64,000 nucleotides of DNA, taken from Raillietiella orientalis. Taxonomy: Eukaryota. The translations under genes were made by a program, and so were the position numbers. Location of the stretch: the NCBI GenBank assembly GCA_036172245.1, contig JAYWIR010000029.1:1674001-1738000 (forward strand), written 5' to 3'. Under the pieces are notes generated by a model, which was given only the letters and a program-made list of their open reading frames with translations, did not search any database and was not told the DNA's origin. This document shows, piece after piece, positions 13,150 to 25,445 of this stretch. How positions within the stretch are numbered: position 1 is the first letter of the stretch; each line of letters starts with the position of its first letter.

Positions 13150-15620
13150 GAAAATCCAATCGGCGCACCGTGGACCATCCTCGTGCTCACGGACCTCCTG
13201 GAAGTTGCTGCAGGCAACAACGAAGGGATGCGCCAACGAACGGAGTGTTTCCGGGAAACGCAGCCTCCACGCACCGCTGCTATGCTGAACGGGAAGTTCT
13301 GCGCAAACCCTGCAATTCCCAATTCGCGCAATGCTGCGTTACGGAATGCGTGCGCTGATCCGGACGGTGGTGAACTCAGGGAATCCGAACGTGCACAAGT
13401 ACAATGTACACGCGGATATTCCAGGAAACGGAACACGCACGCTTTTGATGTAGCCAACTCAGCTACCAGCGTGCAGCGCACAAACGACGAAAGACTGCCG
13501 GTAGACGATGAAACGGAAAAAGAGAAAACCAAGGAACGGGTCGATTCTATGGGAGAATCAGGAAAGGGAAAACGAGCCAAAGTGGCAGTCTGGGCGTTCG
13601 GAAAACGCTCCAGTCTCGGCTCTTTCGTACGTTCCCGTGCATCACTGTGCACAGCTCCAGGACGAACTGGGACTCTCCAAACGCATTGCTTGAGCGTTTG
13701 CGCAGTCCATTGTGTGACGTCGGCACGGCCACCTCCCTGTTCGGCAGCAACGTTGCTTAGCAAAGGAGATCGCTCAGCAAAGGAGATTTTTTCCTGACGG
13801 AAGAAATGTGTGCTGCTTGCGAATTCGGTTGTCGATCACATCTCGCATATCATGCCACCCATGTATTCCTGAAGGATTACCGTACCGTCAACTTGACACC
13901 CCAGTTGCTTCAAGGTAGCAGGACAGCTGATCCACAAGCAAAGCTGAGCATCGGTAAGATGAATGCAAGGTCCGTAAGAATGTCTGAAATCCTGTGGTGT
14001 ACATGTGATGCAGATAGTGATTCATGGCTTGTGCATGACTTCCAGATCGAGTACCTCCTATTCGGGAAATGTGCTCAGCTTGGATTAGCATGTCGTCAAG
14101 GATCATGGTCCTGCGTTTGGGGAAGGAGGAATTTGATCCCCCGAAGCACAAAGCTTCGAATGGTACACAAGAAAATCAGGTACTGTTCGGAAAACCATCT
14201 GCTGTTACCGTGCCTTCTCAGAAGCACCAAAAGGGAACCGAAGAGGAGTGGTTGCCGGCAGACAGCGAACCTTTCTGGATGGAACCAAAATCGGAAAGAT
14301 CGCTTTGGTTCACTCCGAAGGAAGGCAAGCGCAAGGTGAATGGAGCGGAGGAAACTGGGAGCAGGGAAACCGAGCCAGAACCTGTGGCAGACAGCTCGCT
14401 GACTACTGACAAAAGTTCCAGGAAGCCTGAAAAAGCTACCTTGTTCTTCAAAAGAAAGCTCACTCCCGAAGAGAAGCAGAGCAAGGAATGCAGAAAGAGG
14501 GAGGAAAAAGCCAGCAAGGAAGCTATTCAAGAAACTGGAGGATGAACAGAAGAAGAAGAGAAACCAGGAGGAAAGACGGAAAGCGAAAGAGAAAAAGGAG
14601 GATGAGGAATGCAAGAAAAAGGGTGAAAAGAAACCCAAGCAGAAGAAGACAGAAGTTCAGGTGGAACAGGAAAAGCAGGAACACGTACCTGTGACTCGGA
14701 GAAGTGGAATGGTTCTGAGTAAAAACAAAGTGGCCGAAACCACTGCTTCTAAGGAAGGGCATTTAAACGCCAAACAAAGCAAGGGCACAAACGAAAAGGT
14801 CAACAGACGAAAAAGTATGCCTTGCTTCCGATTTTCCAAGCACAAGGAAAGGAGTACCGGAGATGTGACCCTAGCAACGTCTTTGCAAGGGAATGAAGAT
14901 TTGAGGCGCGAAGGGTCGGGCAAACTGCAAGGGGGCAAAGAACGAGACGGGAACGTAGCAGTGAAACTGGAATTGCATTCCCAGAAGATATTGCTGACGG
15001 AGCCCAAGCAGACCGAAGCAAACGACCCCAACCATTCCCGTGTCTTGCGAATCGATTGCCCCGAACTCCCACCGTCTCCTCGGAATGCGTGCGCCGGCAC
15101 AGATAGCCTCGAATAGCGAACATAAGCAGAATCTTGTCCAGATAGATTCTTCATCAGCCGTAGCGTGCAATGCGACCATGGAGATTCCATCGGTCCGGAG
15201 GAGGTTGGTGAAATGGGTTCTGGTTTCCGGTTCTTGGGGCATTGCACACGTGTCCTCGGATTCGATGCCCCGAGTGGACTTCAGGGATCCTCGTCTGCAT
15301 GTGCACACTCGCGTACAAGCGTGTGCACACCTCTGTGTGCCGTGGGTCGAGCGAAGAACGCGTTTGCATGCGTTAGGGCGAGCGACCCCCCTCTTGTGCG
15401 GCCAGCAGGGGAAAAAAGAAGAGCCGTTGCACTTCTCTTTGACTCGAAGCCGATACAACGGATACGGGCGAAGATGATGAGGATTTCGGAAAACCGCGTG
15501 CTCGTTTCGCCGCTGGGACTCGTTGTCTTTGGGAATGTCGCAAGGGCGATTTGTGAAATTGAAATACTTTCCAGGCCAAAGCAGGCATTTCTCCGAGTGG
15601 AAGCGGCTGCGTGACCATTT
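13150..15620 (+). other. GC-richer decayed gene-like segment with a Lys/Glu-rich low-complexity tract
   Basis: Purine-rich K/E-coding run at 14460-14700 broken by stops and frameshifts; candidate short intron 13953-14012 (gtaaga...gcag). No family recognised. Confidence 0.3.
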
Positions 15621-15915
15621 TGTCAGTATCTTTCAAGCCGAACGTCACTGTTCGGAAGAAAAGCCATTCCACTTAGGAAGCCAAAAAAAGGGAAGATAGC
15701 AAACAGGTCATTTGCCGTCGTCAACGTTTTTTGTGCTTCCCGCGTGTCGTGGTTCCCGCATTGGATCGTTTCGACGTAATACCGGTTGCGGGAGTGGTCC
15801 TCAGGTGGGATGCGAGTCAGACGCGTTGCCGTCGTGTTTGTAGATCAGTTGAATGTTTGCTCATGAAAGGTGCTGAAAACATTCCTCTTCTTTTTCTCAA
15901 AGGGAAAACCCGTCG

Positions 15916-17113
15916 ATGGCCACGGCATTCGAATCCATTTTGGCACGATTGGAAAGAGTAACCGTGATGCTGGAAGCTGCGGCAACGGTGGCCGAACATG
16001 GAATGGAAAAGTCGAATAGCTTTGGTACTTCCAATTCTGAGTGCACTTGCTTCCAGCTTGCCCACAGATGGCTTGGCTCATCAACTCGGAAACAGGTTGT
16101 CAACAGCTCGGAATTGGGAACAAGTTATCTGAATTGTCGATAATTCCGATTCCATGGTTGTCAATGTTTTCAAAAGTCAGCAATCCGTGACTTGAAGACT
16201 ACGTCAAAATTTGGAATGGATCTTTGGCTGTCTACCAGAATCTGTCGGTGAAGATCTCCGGAGCGGTTCCCAAGCACTCGGATATGGTGCTGAAAGCATT
16301 CAAGTAAGAGTTTGGTATTCATAAGTCCAGAACGGAACCTCTCTGTGCTACCTTTCTGTGGTTTCCCAGTTTGTGACCATCTTTCTTTTCTGTTGCAGAA
16401 TCCAGGGGCGTTCGATGCATCTGGTATTCTGCGGACAGGAACCCGATGACTCGGAAGTGATCTACTTCAACCGCTTTCCGAATGCATTGTGCAGATCCAG
16501 GCATTCGAGGAAATCCAGCACGAACCCGAGACTCATGTTCATCTGTGTGTGATCAGTCAGAGTGTTGCAGCCCTCCCTTGGGTAACCATGGTAGGTGTTA
16601 GGGCACGCATCTGGAAAGTTTCTCTCTTTTTCGTAGAGCCCCTACCCTGCAGAAGCTCTCAAAGATATGATGTTTTTAGCCCGAATCCCTGTGGATCGCG
16701 TCCTTCAAGAATGGAAAGCAAAGTGAGTTCCGGATCGAAGGAACGATCGAAAATTGTGCTTGCTTGTTTCTTTCAGCGATGATCATGCCTGTTGGGTAAA
16801 GTCAAGGATGACCGTATTGTCTGAGTTGCACAGTTTGCTGAAAACGCATCACGACGTATGTTCCTTGGCACGCAAAAGGTGCCAATGTTAAGGAGCACGC
16901 AACCACAACCCCACCCCTACCCTTACCGACCTCTCTCGACTCTGCTACGGCCCCGTCATCTGGAACGGCTGCTTTGCTTGTACATCCCAATCCAGGCGAA
17001 CAAGCGACAACAGGTACGGTTTGTCATGATCTCCAGTTCTTTGATTGTTGTTTGCCAGGCCCACGGCATGTCACTCGTGACAGCTAAGTCACTCATTCCA
17101 CATCGATGAGCAG
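15916..17113 (+). pseudogene. Unprocessed pseudogene of adenylyl cyclase-associated protein (CAP/Srv2), N-terminal half only
   Basis: Collinear CAP motifs across GT-AG introns: ILARLERVTVMLE (N-terminal coiled coil), NGSLAVYQNLSVKISGAVPKHSDMVLKAF, HLCVISQSVAALPWVTM, DRVLQEWK, HACWVKS..VLSELHS, a proline-rich linker and WH2-like TAALLVHPNPGEQATT-GPRHV. In-frame TGA at 16188-16190, frameshifts near 16460 and 16857, and another stop near 17085. The C-terminal CARP domain is absent. Confidence 0.8.
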
Positions 17114-17114
17114 A

Positions 17115-18150
17115 TTACCAAGCGTTTGTGACCATGTGGCGGCATGAATCAATTTTTGCAAAATGATCAGCCGCTTTTCTGCCTACTTTTTTTTTCGTTC
17201 CTTGGGCTCTTCGAGATCTGTGAATTCGGTTTCTTCGGTCTGTTGTACGTCCTTGGCGATCACTTTGCGTAGGGCCGTTTCGAGGCTCTCCTTCGCACAG
17301 AATTTGCACTCGACGTCCAGCAGCTCGCTGCCCAGCTTCTGACGTTGGGAGTCTTTCACCATGTTTGCGTCAACGTCCTCCGTGACATCGCAGATGAAGC
17401 GCAGGATTTGTCCCTGGTCCTCGTTGCTTGTTCCATGACGAACTTCATCTCGCAGCTGAGTCGCTTCCTCGGCGATCGGCACGGTTTCCTGTGTGTCCGG
17501 GGTGGGGCTCCGCTACTTCCGTCTGTTCTTTCTCTCGTTTCTCTCCTTGTTCATTCGAGGTCTGCTACTCTTTTGGGAGCATCCTCCTGTTTCCTTTTTG
17601 AATTCATGCCTCTTGAAAGCCACCTTACATGACTAGTACCGCCTTTGGTGCGGGCCTGGCCACTTCAGACGTTTCCTTGGCTCTTTCCCTGACCGGAAAG
17701 AGAGCTCTTCTTTCTCTCCAATTTGCGTATTCTTTGCAATTCCACGTGATGTGGCCGGATTCCTTGCAGAACACGCAAGTCTCCGGTGTATTGCATGACC
17801 TGATCCGGTGCGCTTGCTTGCTGCCCCGGTAGCACTGAGATCGGGGTCACGTATCCTCCCGATGGCCGTACGTTTTCCAGTCGGTGCACGATAGCGGTTG
17901 TTTCCGACATTTGACCGGGACGTGCATCGATATACACTTCTCCCCGCATTCTCGCCTCTACTTCCATTGCATCTTCTCAATTCCTTCCCTGGAGAATACT
18001 CTGTTCATGTGGTTTCCACTCCTCCGTATTGGACAAGGCATTGCCACACCGCTTGTTTGGTCGTACGGATGCTTTTTTCGGAGAGGTACATCATCGTGGT
18101 AGACGTCTCGCCGTTTCCTTGCACCGCTCTTCCATTGGTTTTTATGCTTG
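17115..18150 (-). mobile_element. L1/Tx1-like non-LTR retrotransposon ORF1 fragment (zinc knuckles), degenerate
   Basis: Minus-strand reading NHMNRVFSREGI...KQPLSCTDWKTYGH...CYRGSKQAH..SC..TCVFCKESGHITWNC with internal stops; aligns by eye with the ORF1 at 20.5-21.1 kb (NHMGKIFSGEGI...QQPVFC). Confidence 0.75.
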
Positions 18151-20440
18151 GTTCAATAAGGACATCGAGACAAGGTTTCGTCTTCCGTTCGACAGCGCCG
18201 ACATGCGCGTTCCTCTGGTTCCATCCTGGGCTTAACCCTCACGGGGAGGACGTTTAGTGTGGCTGCGTAAATGAAAGTGTAATTCGGAAACCTCAGATAG
18301 TGTGGTTTTGTGAGGAAGAAGCTTGAGGCGTGGTGCATAAACACACCGCGTGGTTGTCCCTAGGGTGAGGTGCTTTTGAACGAGGGAATGCCAAGCGTGC
18401 TCTCTTAGCGATGCTCTCACAGCAGAGGTGAATTTTCTCTTCATGCTGCTGCTGAAGATGACGCCGTGAACTGTCATGTTCGGCTCTCCATTAGTAAGCT
18501 TTCAGCGTGATTTATTCTTCTCGAGGCATTCCCTCGTTCCCACCGTAAGCTCTCGATATCCTTTTTGCATTGTAAGAATTTTTGGGAAAAACTCTTCGTT
18601 ATGATCTCCGAGATGTTCGTCTTCTGTTGGTTCGATCATTCTTTTTTTCACCACTTCCTTAAGAGTTTCTCGGTCCAATCTCTCTACCGGAATGCCTGGA
18701 GAGATGAGGAATTGGAAGCTCCTGTCAATGGTGAACATGTCGGACTCATTGTCAGTTTCATCAGTCCCAGGCAGCCTTTTCTTTTTTCTCCGTACAGGAA
18801 TTTGTAGACTGCCCAGGACTTGAGGTGCAATGATTTGTTGACTGTCCATCGAACTTCATCATCGATGTAATGCCATTCCTCTGTTTGATGAGTCGCAAAC
18901 CTCTTCAAGTGGACAAGGCTGACGAGGAAAAAGGTCTTCATGGTATCCATTTTCTGTCATCCCGATCGCCCAGTATCTAGGATGGCTCTCGCTTTCGGGA
19001 AGATATCTTACTTCGACAAAAACGAGTTGAACATCGTGACCCCGTAGGGTTTTCCCAAGTATTTGTACACCTTTGATGAGGCAACACAAGGAATTCTCCC
19101 ATTCCTCACCTCTGCCTCTATTTCCCTTGGTTGTTTCAAGGTTTTCTCGCTTTAGTGCAACGAGGCGCACTTCTCCGGGTTGATGGACAGGTCCGCTCGA
19201 TCCACTCTGTCTTGAAAGTGAGCTGCTGTAGCTTTTAATTGTTCCGTGTCCTTAGCTAGTATGACGACTTTGCCGTAATGTGACAGGATTGCTTGTGCCC
19301 CGTGATTCTCTCTTATTGAGTGGAGGATGAGCTCGATTGCTATGACGAAGCGCAGTGAGCACAGCTGGCAGCCCTGCTTGCCCCCTCGTCGCAAGAATGT
19401 TCTTGTTGATGCTCACTCCAGTTGAATGTGGATGGGGCTTCCAGAGTAGATGTCCTGAATCATGTTGATGATTTCGCTGTTAAGCCTGCTTCCTTAAGTG
19501 CTCCTAGGATTATCTCTTGGTAAACTGTCCCGAAGGCATTCGCAAAGTCTGTGAAGATGACACAAGAACCCTGTGACAAACAACGAGCAGAGTCGAGTCT
19601 TGTCTGGACAAGGAAGTTTTTCTACTGTACCCCATCAAGGAATAAATTTTTTAAAAAAAAAACTTCTCTTGAGCACCGAAGTCTTTGTTTTTGAGGATCC
19701 AATTTCTGAGTCTGCATGCCAGACATTTCTCATGCTGCTCGTTCACGCTGTTTCCAATGGAATTTGGCCTCCAGTTGGAGATGTCGTCTGCTGTGAAGGA
19801 GCTTTCCGAGATGAGTATGATTCTGATGCACTGCAAGGTTTTCCGGAATCCGAAGAAACTTCATTATCTGCTCAGGATTACCTTCAGCATCTCTGCCTCC
19901 CAAAGTGCGCCTCTTCCGCCAGCATAAGTGATTTCATCCTCTTTGGGGGAGGATTTTCGGCAATGCGCAGTACTCCTGCTACCTCCTCCCGCCTCAGTGG
20001 AGACATTTATGACAGATGTTTTTTGGTTTCTTTTCAGCAGTATCTTGTTTGTGAGTTCTCCACCATTCGTATCTCGTTTTTAATCTTCTCTCGAAGTGCT
20101 TCTATAGTATCTCCGGTCTTAATTTACAGGTCTGGTCCTGCTCGCCCGGAATGCCTCGGACTGCTCTTCTGCTTTTGACATAGAGTTTCTGGATGAAGGA
20201 TCCGTCTCTCGGATCGGTCTCCTTCTGCTCTTCCTTTCTGCTCTGATCCTCAACCCTTTGAGTGTTTTATCTCCTCAGACATCGGTACTCCATGGAAAAG
20301 TGCTCCCAACGAGGCTGTCCTTCATCCAGCATCCTCTGGCCTCAGATTCTCTCATCAGTAAATTGAGAGGAGGAATTCATCTTCCACATCCACTTTGAAC
20401 TGTTGCTCCTTGGGTTTTTTCTACCTCCTGTACCGTCTTA
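18150..20440 (-). mobile_element. RLE-type non-LTR retrotransposon remnant (NeSL/Utopia/R2-like) with RT and CCHC region, degenerate
   Basis: Motifs in order on the minus strand: FIQKLYVKSRRAVRGI; IILI...DDISNWRPNSIGNS...KCLACRLRNWI; FTDFANAFGTV; RRGGKQGCQLCSLRF; LSINPEKCASLH; YLRFPNYTFIYAATLNVLPVR...CRRCRTEDETL. Many stops and frameshifts; truncated before the RLE nuclease. Confidence 0.8.
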
Positions 20441-20479
20441 GTTATCTTTCTCAAGCAAGCTGTTTTTGTTCACCCTTCC

Positions 20480-23400
20480 GAGTGTTCGAGTCTGGGGAAT
20501 GCTCTCCCGGAAGAAAAGGGGAGTAAAAGACATATATATAGGGTTGTATAAAAGGAATGTGGACTTTGATGTGATCCAAGCGATCTTACCATGTGCTGCA
20601 GGCTTCACGAATCACACATCGTGCGAGCCGCTTGTTGATGCACTCATTGAGCAGGAGCTCAGCATCACTGAAAGGCAGTTGCGTGACATTGGTGAAAACT
20701 CGACCACCACTGTATTCCCTGAAAGGTATAAGAATCCATATCCCGAGGGCAGAGATCTGGAAATACCTCTCCCAATTCAGTGAAGTCACTCATGTAGAAT
20801 TCAGAAACCACATGGGAAAGATTTTCTCCGGGGAAGGTATTGCCCGGATCAAGATGTTTGATGAAGCCAAGAACCCGGGAGTGGCCAACATCGATGCCTA
20901 CTCCCAAGATGTCTTAATCAGATAAAGGCAGCAGCCTGTTTTCTGTATTGCATGTAAGGTGTTCAGGCACCGTGTCGGGGTTTGCCCCAGGGCACGATAT
21001 TACCGGTGTGACCAGCGGGGCCACTTTCTGAAAGCTTGTAACCAGCCGATACTGTGTTACTTCTGTCGCTTGTCTGGACATGCTTAAAAGGAGTGCTAGT
21101 CCTTTTAAGCATGTCCATTCGGTGCTAGTCCTTTGACCAAGAAGCCTACCACAACGGCAGATGAAATCACGGAGGTCAAAAGAAAAAATGGAAAGAGTAG
21201 GCTGAGTCGAAAAACCCATCCTAAGAGCCGGCGGGAGTTGCCGTGCCAATTGAGGAGTTGATACGAGTTGCGCACATAGAAGAGGAGCTAAAAGAGACTG
21301 AGCAAGAAGTGCAATCAGGCCCTAGAATGGAGCAACAGTGGGATGTCCTCGAACGCATCTGCAACGTATCCTTGTAATCAACGAGCATGTTCCCGATAAC
21401 GGCTTGTCCTGGAGAACAGGCTGCTGGAAGTAAAAAGGAAGTTCGACAGCATGGCTAACAAGGAGCTGCCCCCTGCAACTTCGGCAAACACCGTCATGCA
21501 CCCAGTTGTCGACAGCACCGAATACTCAGAGTCCGAAAGCGACGTTGGTGAAGATAAAATAGAAAGGAGGAGGACACCTTAGTTCCCAAAAAGAAACACA
21601 ACAGTAGGGGGAGGTATTCTAAGTAATCCTCTATCTCCACCTTCCTGTCAGTGTCCAGGAGCATCAGGATCGTCTCCTGGAATGTAAGTGGATTGTAGAA
21701 CGGCAACAAGAGACGTCTCGTCACGCGCTCCATACAACATCCATTATTTTAGCAATATAGGGGAGCTGCATCTCTATAGTGTGCTCTTTTTCATCAGTTG
21801 CTAAACTCATGTAATCAAATTTGTCTGTATCAGCCAGCTGGTGATACACTGTAATGCAAATACCACATCGTCTGCCTACGGGAAACCCACGATTCCGGTC
21901 ACCAAACCATCTTGGAGTTCGAGAGATGCCTAGATCTCCAGTTGTTCCTGAGCACGGATGAAAAGTAAAACCAGAGGTGTGGCGATTGTCGTGAAGAACA
22001 AGATTGCGCACACTGTTCTGGAAACCTCTCCGTGGCCTGACTGCAGTATGGGTATCCAAATGTTCTGGTCCGGAAGCGTCCATGTGTTCCTGATGGACGT
22101 GTACGGACCGCACCGCGGCAACACCGCTGTGCAGAAGCCGTACAAGTTCTGCTGAGAAGCAAGACCGCGGCAAAGAACATCGTGATCATCGTGGGAGACC
22201 TGAACATACTGGGCACCATCACCCAGTCCAAAGATGCCTGGGGAAGAAGGATTTGTCGGCATCTGTCCGACGAGTTCGGACTGCGGTGGCTGACAGCGAG
22301 TCACAAGCCGATGGACCACATCCTCTAAAGCCAGGACATTGCGAACAGTGTGTGAGGCTTCCGAGACATCCCATCTTTGCTCTCGGACCATATGTTGGTG
22401 AAAAACTGGTGCTGGACTTCACTGACATTGATAAAGCATTCGACGCCGTGGACCACAAGATGCTCCTGAAGATCTTGCGGAAACTGGGCTTACCATGATA
22501 CTTCAATCAATATGTGGAGAAGATACTTGAGGAACAAACAGTGAAAATTTCAATGAACATTATAAAGACGGCAGCCATTCTGATGGAGAGGGGAGTTCTT
22601 CAAGGAGACGCCTTCAGTCCGATGTTGTTCGTAAGCTGTGTCGGTGCTCATCGGAAGAGGCAGCCACCTCCAAGGAATCTGCATCGACGACCAAAGGCTG
22701 ACTCACCTGATGTATGCTGATGATCTCCTATTCATCCTGAAGGACGAGAGAAATCAAAGTGCTTTCCTAGGTGTAGTCGATCGAATGAAAACTGGATGGG
22801 GCTTGAAAATCCATGCCCACAAAAGCTATCTGCTGCCTATGGAAATCCTAGGTCTCTCCACTCTAACGGAGGAAGGATTTCGAGTAGCAGAAGAGGTGAA
22901 GTATCTGGGTTTCCGACTTGGCGACGCCTTCGCCTTTCAAAATGTATGGGAAGAAATCCTAGGGAAAATTCAAGACTCGAACAAGTACACCCGGGTCGAT
23001 TTCAACATGAAGAGGAGGAATACCTTATGGAATGGCGTCCTACTTCCTAAGGTGCTCTATGGAGCCTCCTCCTATAAAATCGACAAAAAGACCAGCGCGG
23101 AAATTGGAAAAATCCATAGAAAAATCTTATGGAAGGAATTCAAGCCAGGGATTAGGCTCAAACTTGTGTGCCGCCCTCGAGAGGAAGGTGGGACGGGAAT
23201 GTCGCCGTTAGAACACTCTGTGCAGACCATGGGCGCACGACAACTTCTGCAACTCACCGAGTGGCCTTTTGCAGTGCACAGAGCCTACTCGAAGTTGCTG
23301 AACTCGAGAAGCCTGATGTCTGTCCTCATAGGCGCCGCTGGAGGATGGGTGAACATGGATCTCACTTGGAAAAGGAAACAGGTGAGACTTCATCAATTCA

Positions 23401-24340
23401 AAATCGTGCCTAGGAGCAGAGAAATTTGGGAAAAAGAACTAGCCCTAGTGATACCCTACTTTATCCCTGTTCAAGGGAAACTTCTATCTGGAGACTCCAG
23501 AGGCCAAGGTTAACAATCGAACATTGAGAACAGATCGCCACCAGTGGCAATGGTCCCCAAGAGCGACTGTTTCGATATTGCACAGAAATGAAAGTTCAGT
23601 TATAGAACAGGAGCTTTGGAAACAGCTGCCACACCAAGCATGGCTGCTGATGACCAAAGCCAACATAAAAGAAGAAATCTTGAAAGAAGATCAAGATGAT
23701 GATGCCCTCGATGCATCTTCAAGCCGCTATGGAGGTGATGCCCACATGCAAACGTGCAAGTGGTTAGAGATACACTTTAGAGAAGTTACCTTCCCTGGAT
23801 ACCCAGGGTGATCTGTTGTTTCATCACAGAGGGATCCTAAGTGGCTCCAAACTTCGACACTGGACTAGGAATACCCAAGGTGGACTCTGCAAGGCATGTG
23901 GAGCCGAAGAAACGCAGCTCCACTTGTTCACCTGCCTGTTCCACCTGATTGGCAGGCGGTGAAGGCGGTGACCGGCCCGCAGAGAAGATGGAGATTCTAG
24001 CGGACTTGTTTCAGGGGGACGGAGACGTACCCCTGTGCAATCTGAGGGTTCGAAACCACTTTATCATAGCAGTTGCGATCAGGACAAAGATGCAAAAACC
24101 CCAACGAGGAACACTGACCGTGGAAACCCTCAAGAGATTTATATAAAAAGAAATCGGGATTAGGAATTGCGGAAAGATACAAGCCTGGACGTATCGATAT
24201 ATTTTAAAGAAAATCGGCGATTACTTCCGGACCATTGAAATTATTCCCCATCCACCATTGAAGAAAATGCGACTAGTTTAGTGTGCAGAATTTTTCGTCG
24301 AGTTTGTTTAAGTTGTAATTATCTAAAAGAATGCAAATAA
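20480..24340 (+). mobile_element. L1/Tx1-like LINE (ORF1 with three CCHC knuckles; ORF2 APE endonuclease plus RT), degenerate and internally deleted
   Basis: ORF1 knuckles CIACKVFRHRVGVC, YYRCDQRGHFLKAC and CYFCRLSGHA*KEC (about 20940-21095). APE start IRIVSWNVSGL...IVCLRETH, KTRGVAIVV, IIVGDLN. RT motifs DIDKAFDAVDH, RGVLQGDAFSPMLF, LMYADD, VKYLGF, REEGGTG. Boundaries approximate. Confidence 0.9.
21740..21859 (-). other. 120-bp inserted copy of MEMO1 exon 5 plus adjacent intron sequence
   Basis: 118/120 identical to 26065-26184 in the same orientation; interrupts the LINE APE reading frame. Confidence 0.95.
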
Positions 24341-25445
24341 ATTCACGCCTCCGCTTGTCGGATTTAGGGACAATTGAGGTCTAGGTACCATAATGGTAAA
24401 TGTTTAGCCCCGCAGTGCATTTTCTTTCTGCACCCAATTTTTTCAGGGTTGCACCACAGAAACAAATCTTACTTGGAAAATTCAAATTCCAAACACATAG
24501 GTTAATAAATTCTCAAACAAGGAATTACAATTTAGATTTGCATTTTAAACAGTGAAAGCTGTTAAAAGCACATTCAAAATATCACACCTCCAGCACGAAT
24601 CTTCAACACGCAAATATAGTTTCTTTAACACTTTTGTACTTCGATTCCTAACTTGCATCTTATTTTGATTCTTTTAAGATAATTGCACAAAGGTCTTGCA
24701 ACTTGTGTTCAGCACAAGTATAGAAAGTTATGTCTGCCTTACCCATAAAACAAAACTGTAGGCCAAAATACCTCCAAGTACAAACAATAGTTTTGTATGT
24801 ACCATCATTAAAGCATGATAGACATTGATTTAAAATGATTAGATGTCAAACAGCTGCATCAAGAGAACTAAAACTAAATTGTCCGATGCGGAATTTATTG
24901 AATTAATTAGGGCAACAATTATTCACACCAGAAACTTTCTGGTTATTTGCAAAAAAATTCTACGAAATTATGTATTGTAAATAAACTCTAAAATAAACTC
25001 TTACAACAAAGTAGCTAGGTCACATGATATTTAATGCATGATATTTAATACATTTAATATTCTTCAGTAGCATTTACCTTTATGTAATCGTTGTATAAAG
25101 AATTGTTGTATAAAGATACTGAACACAAAAGACATTACATACTTTCATAATTAATACAATGTACAGAATATAACTTCCCTAAATGATTACACAAAATTGA
25201 AGCAGAATGTTAAATTAATTTTAACAATTAAATGATATATCCATGGCTGCAAAAACCATTTAAAACTATTGCCCGTCAAGAGATTATATTTTCATCCCCA
25301 ATAATTGTTGTTTTAAAAATATGGTAAAGACATTATGAGAAACTACTTTTAGACTGCTGTATTGTAGTTGAGATTGATACAGCCTCATAAAAACTAGATG
25401 TGGTTCCAGCAACAAAATCAGACTTCAAGAACAATGTATACAACA

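Noticed and set aside
14900..15050. Casein-kinase-like GSG...VAVKLE
   Set aside because: No HRD or DFG motif or other kinase subdomains follow.
21721..22173. Minus-strand ORF ending in MEMO1 residues, as a chimeric gene
   Set aside because: It is the antisense of the LINE endonuclease running into the 120-bp insert; there is no independent support for expression.
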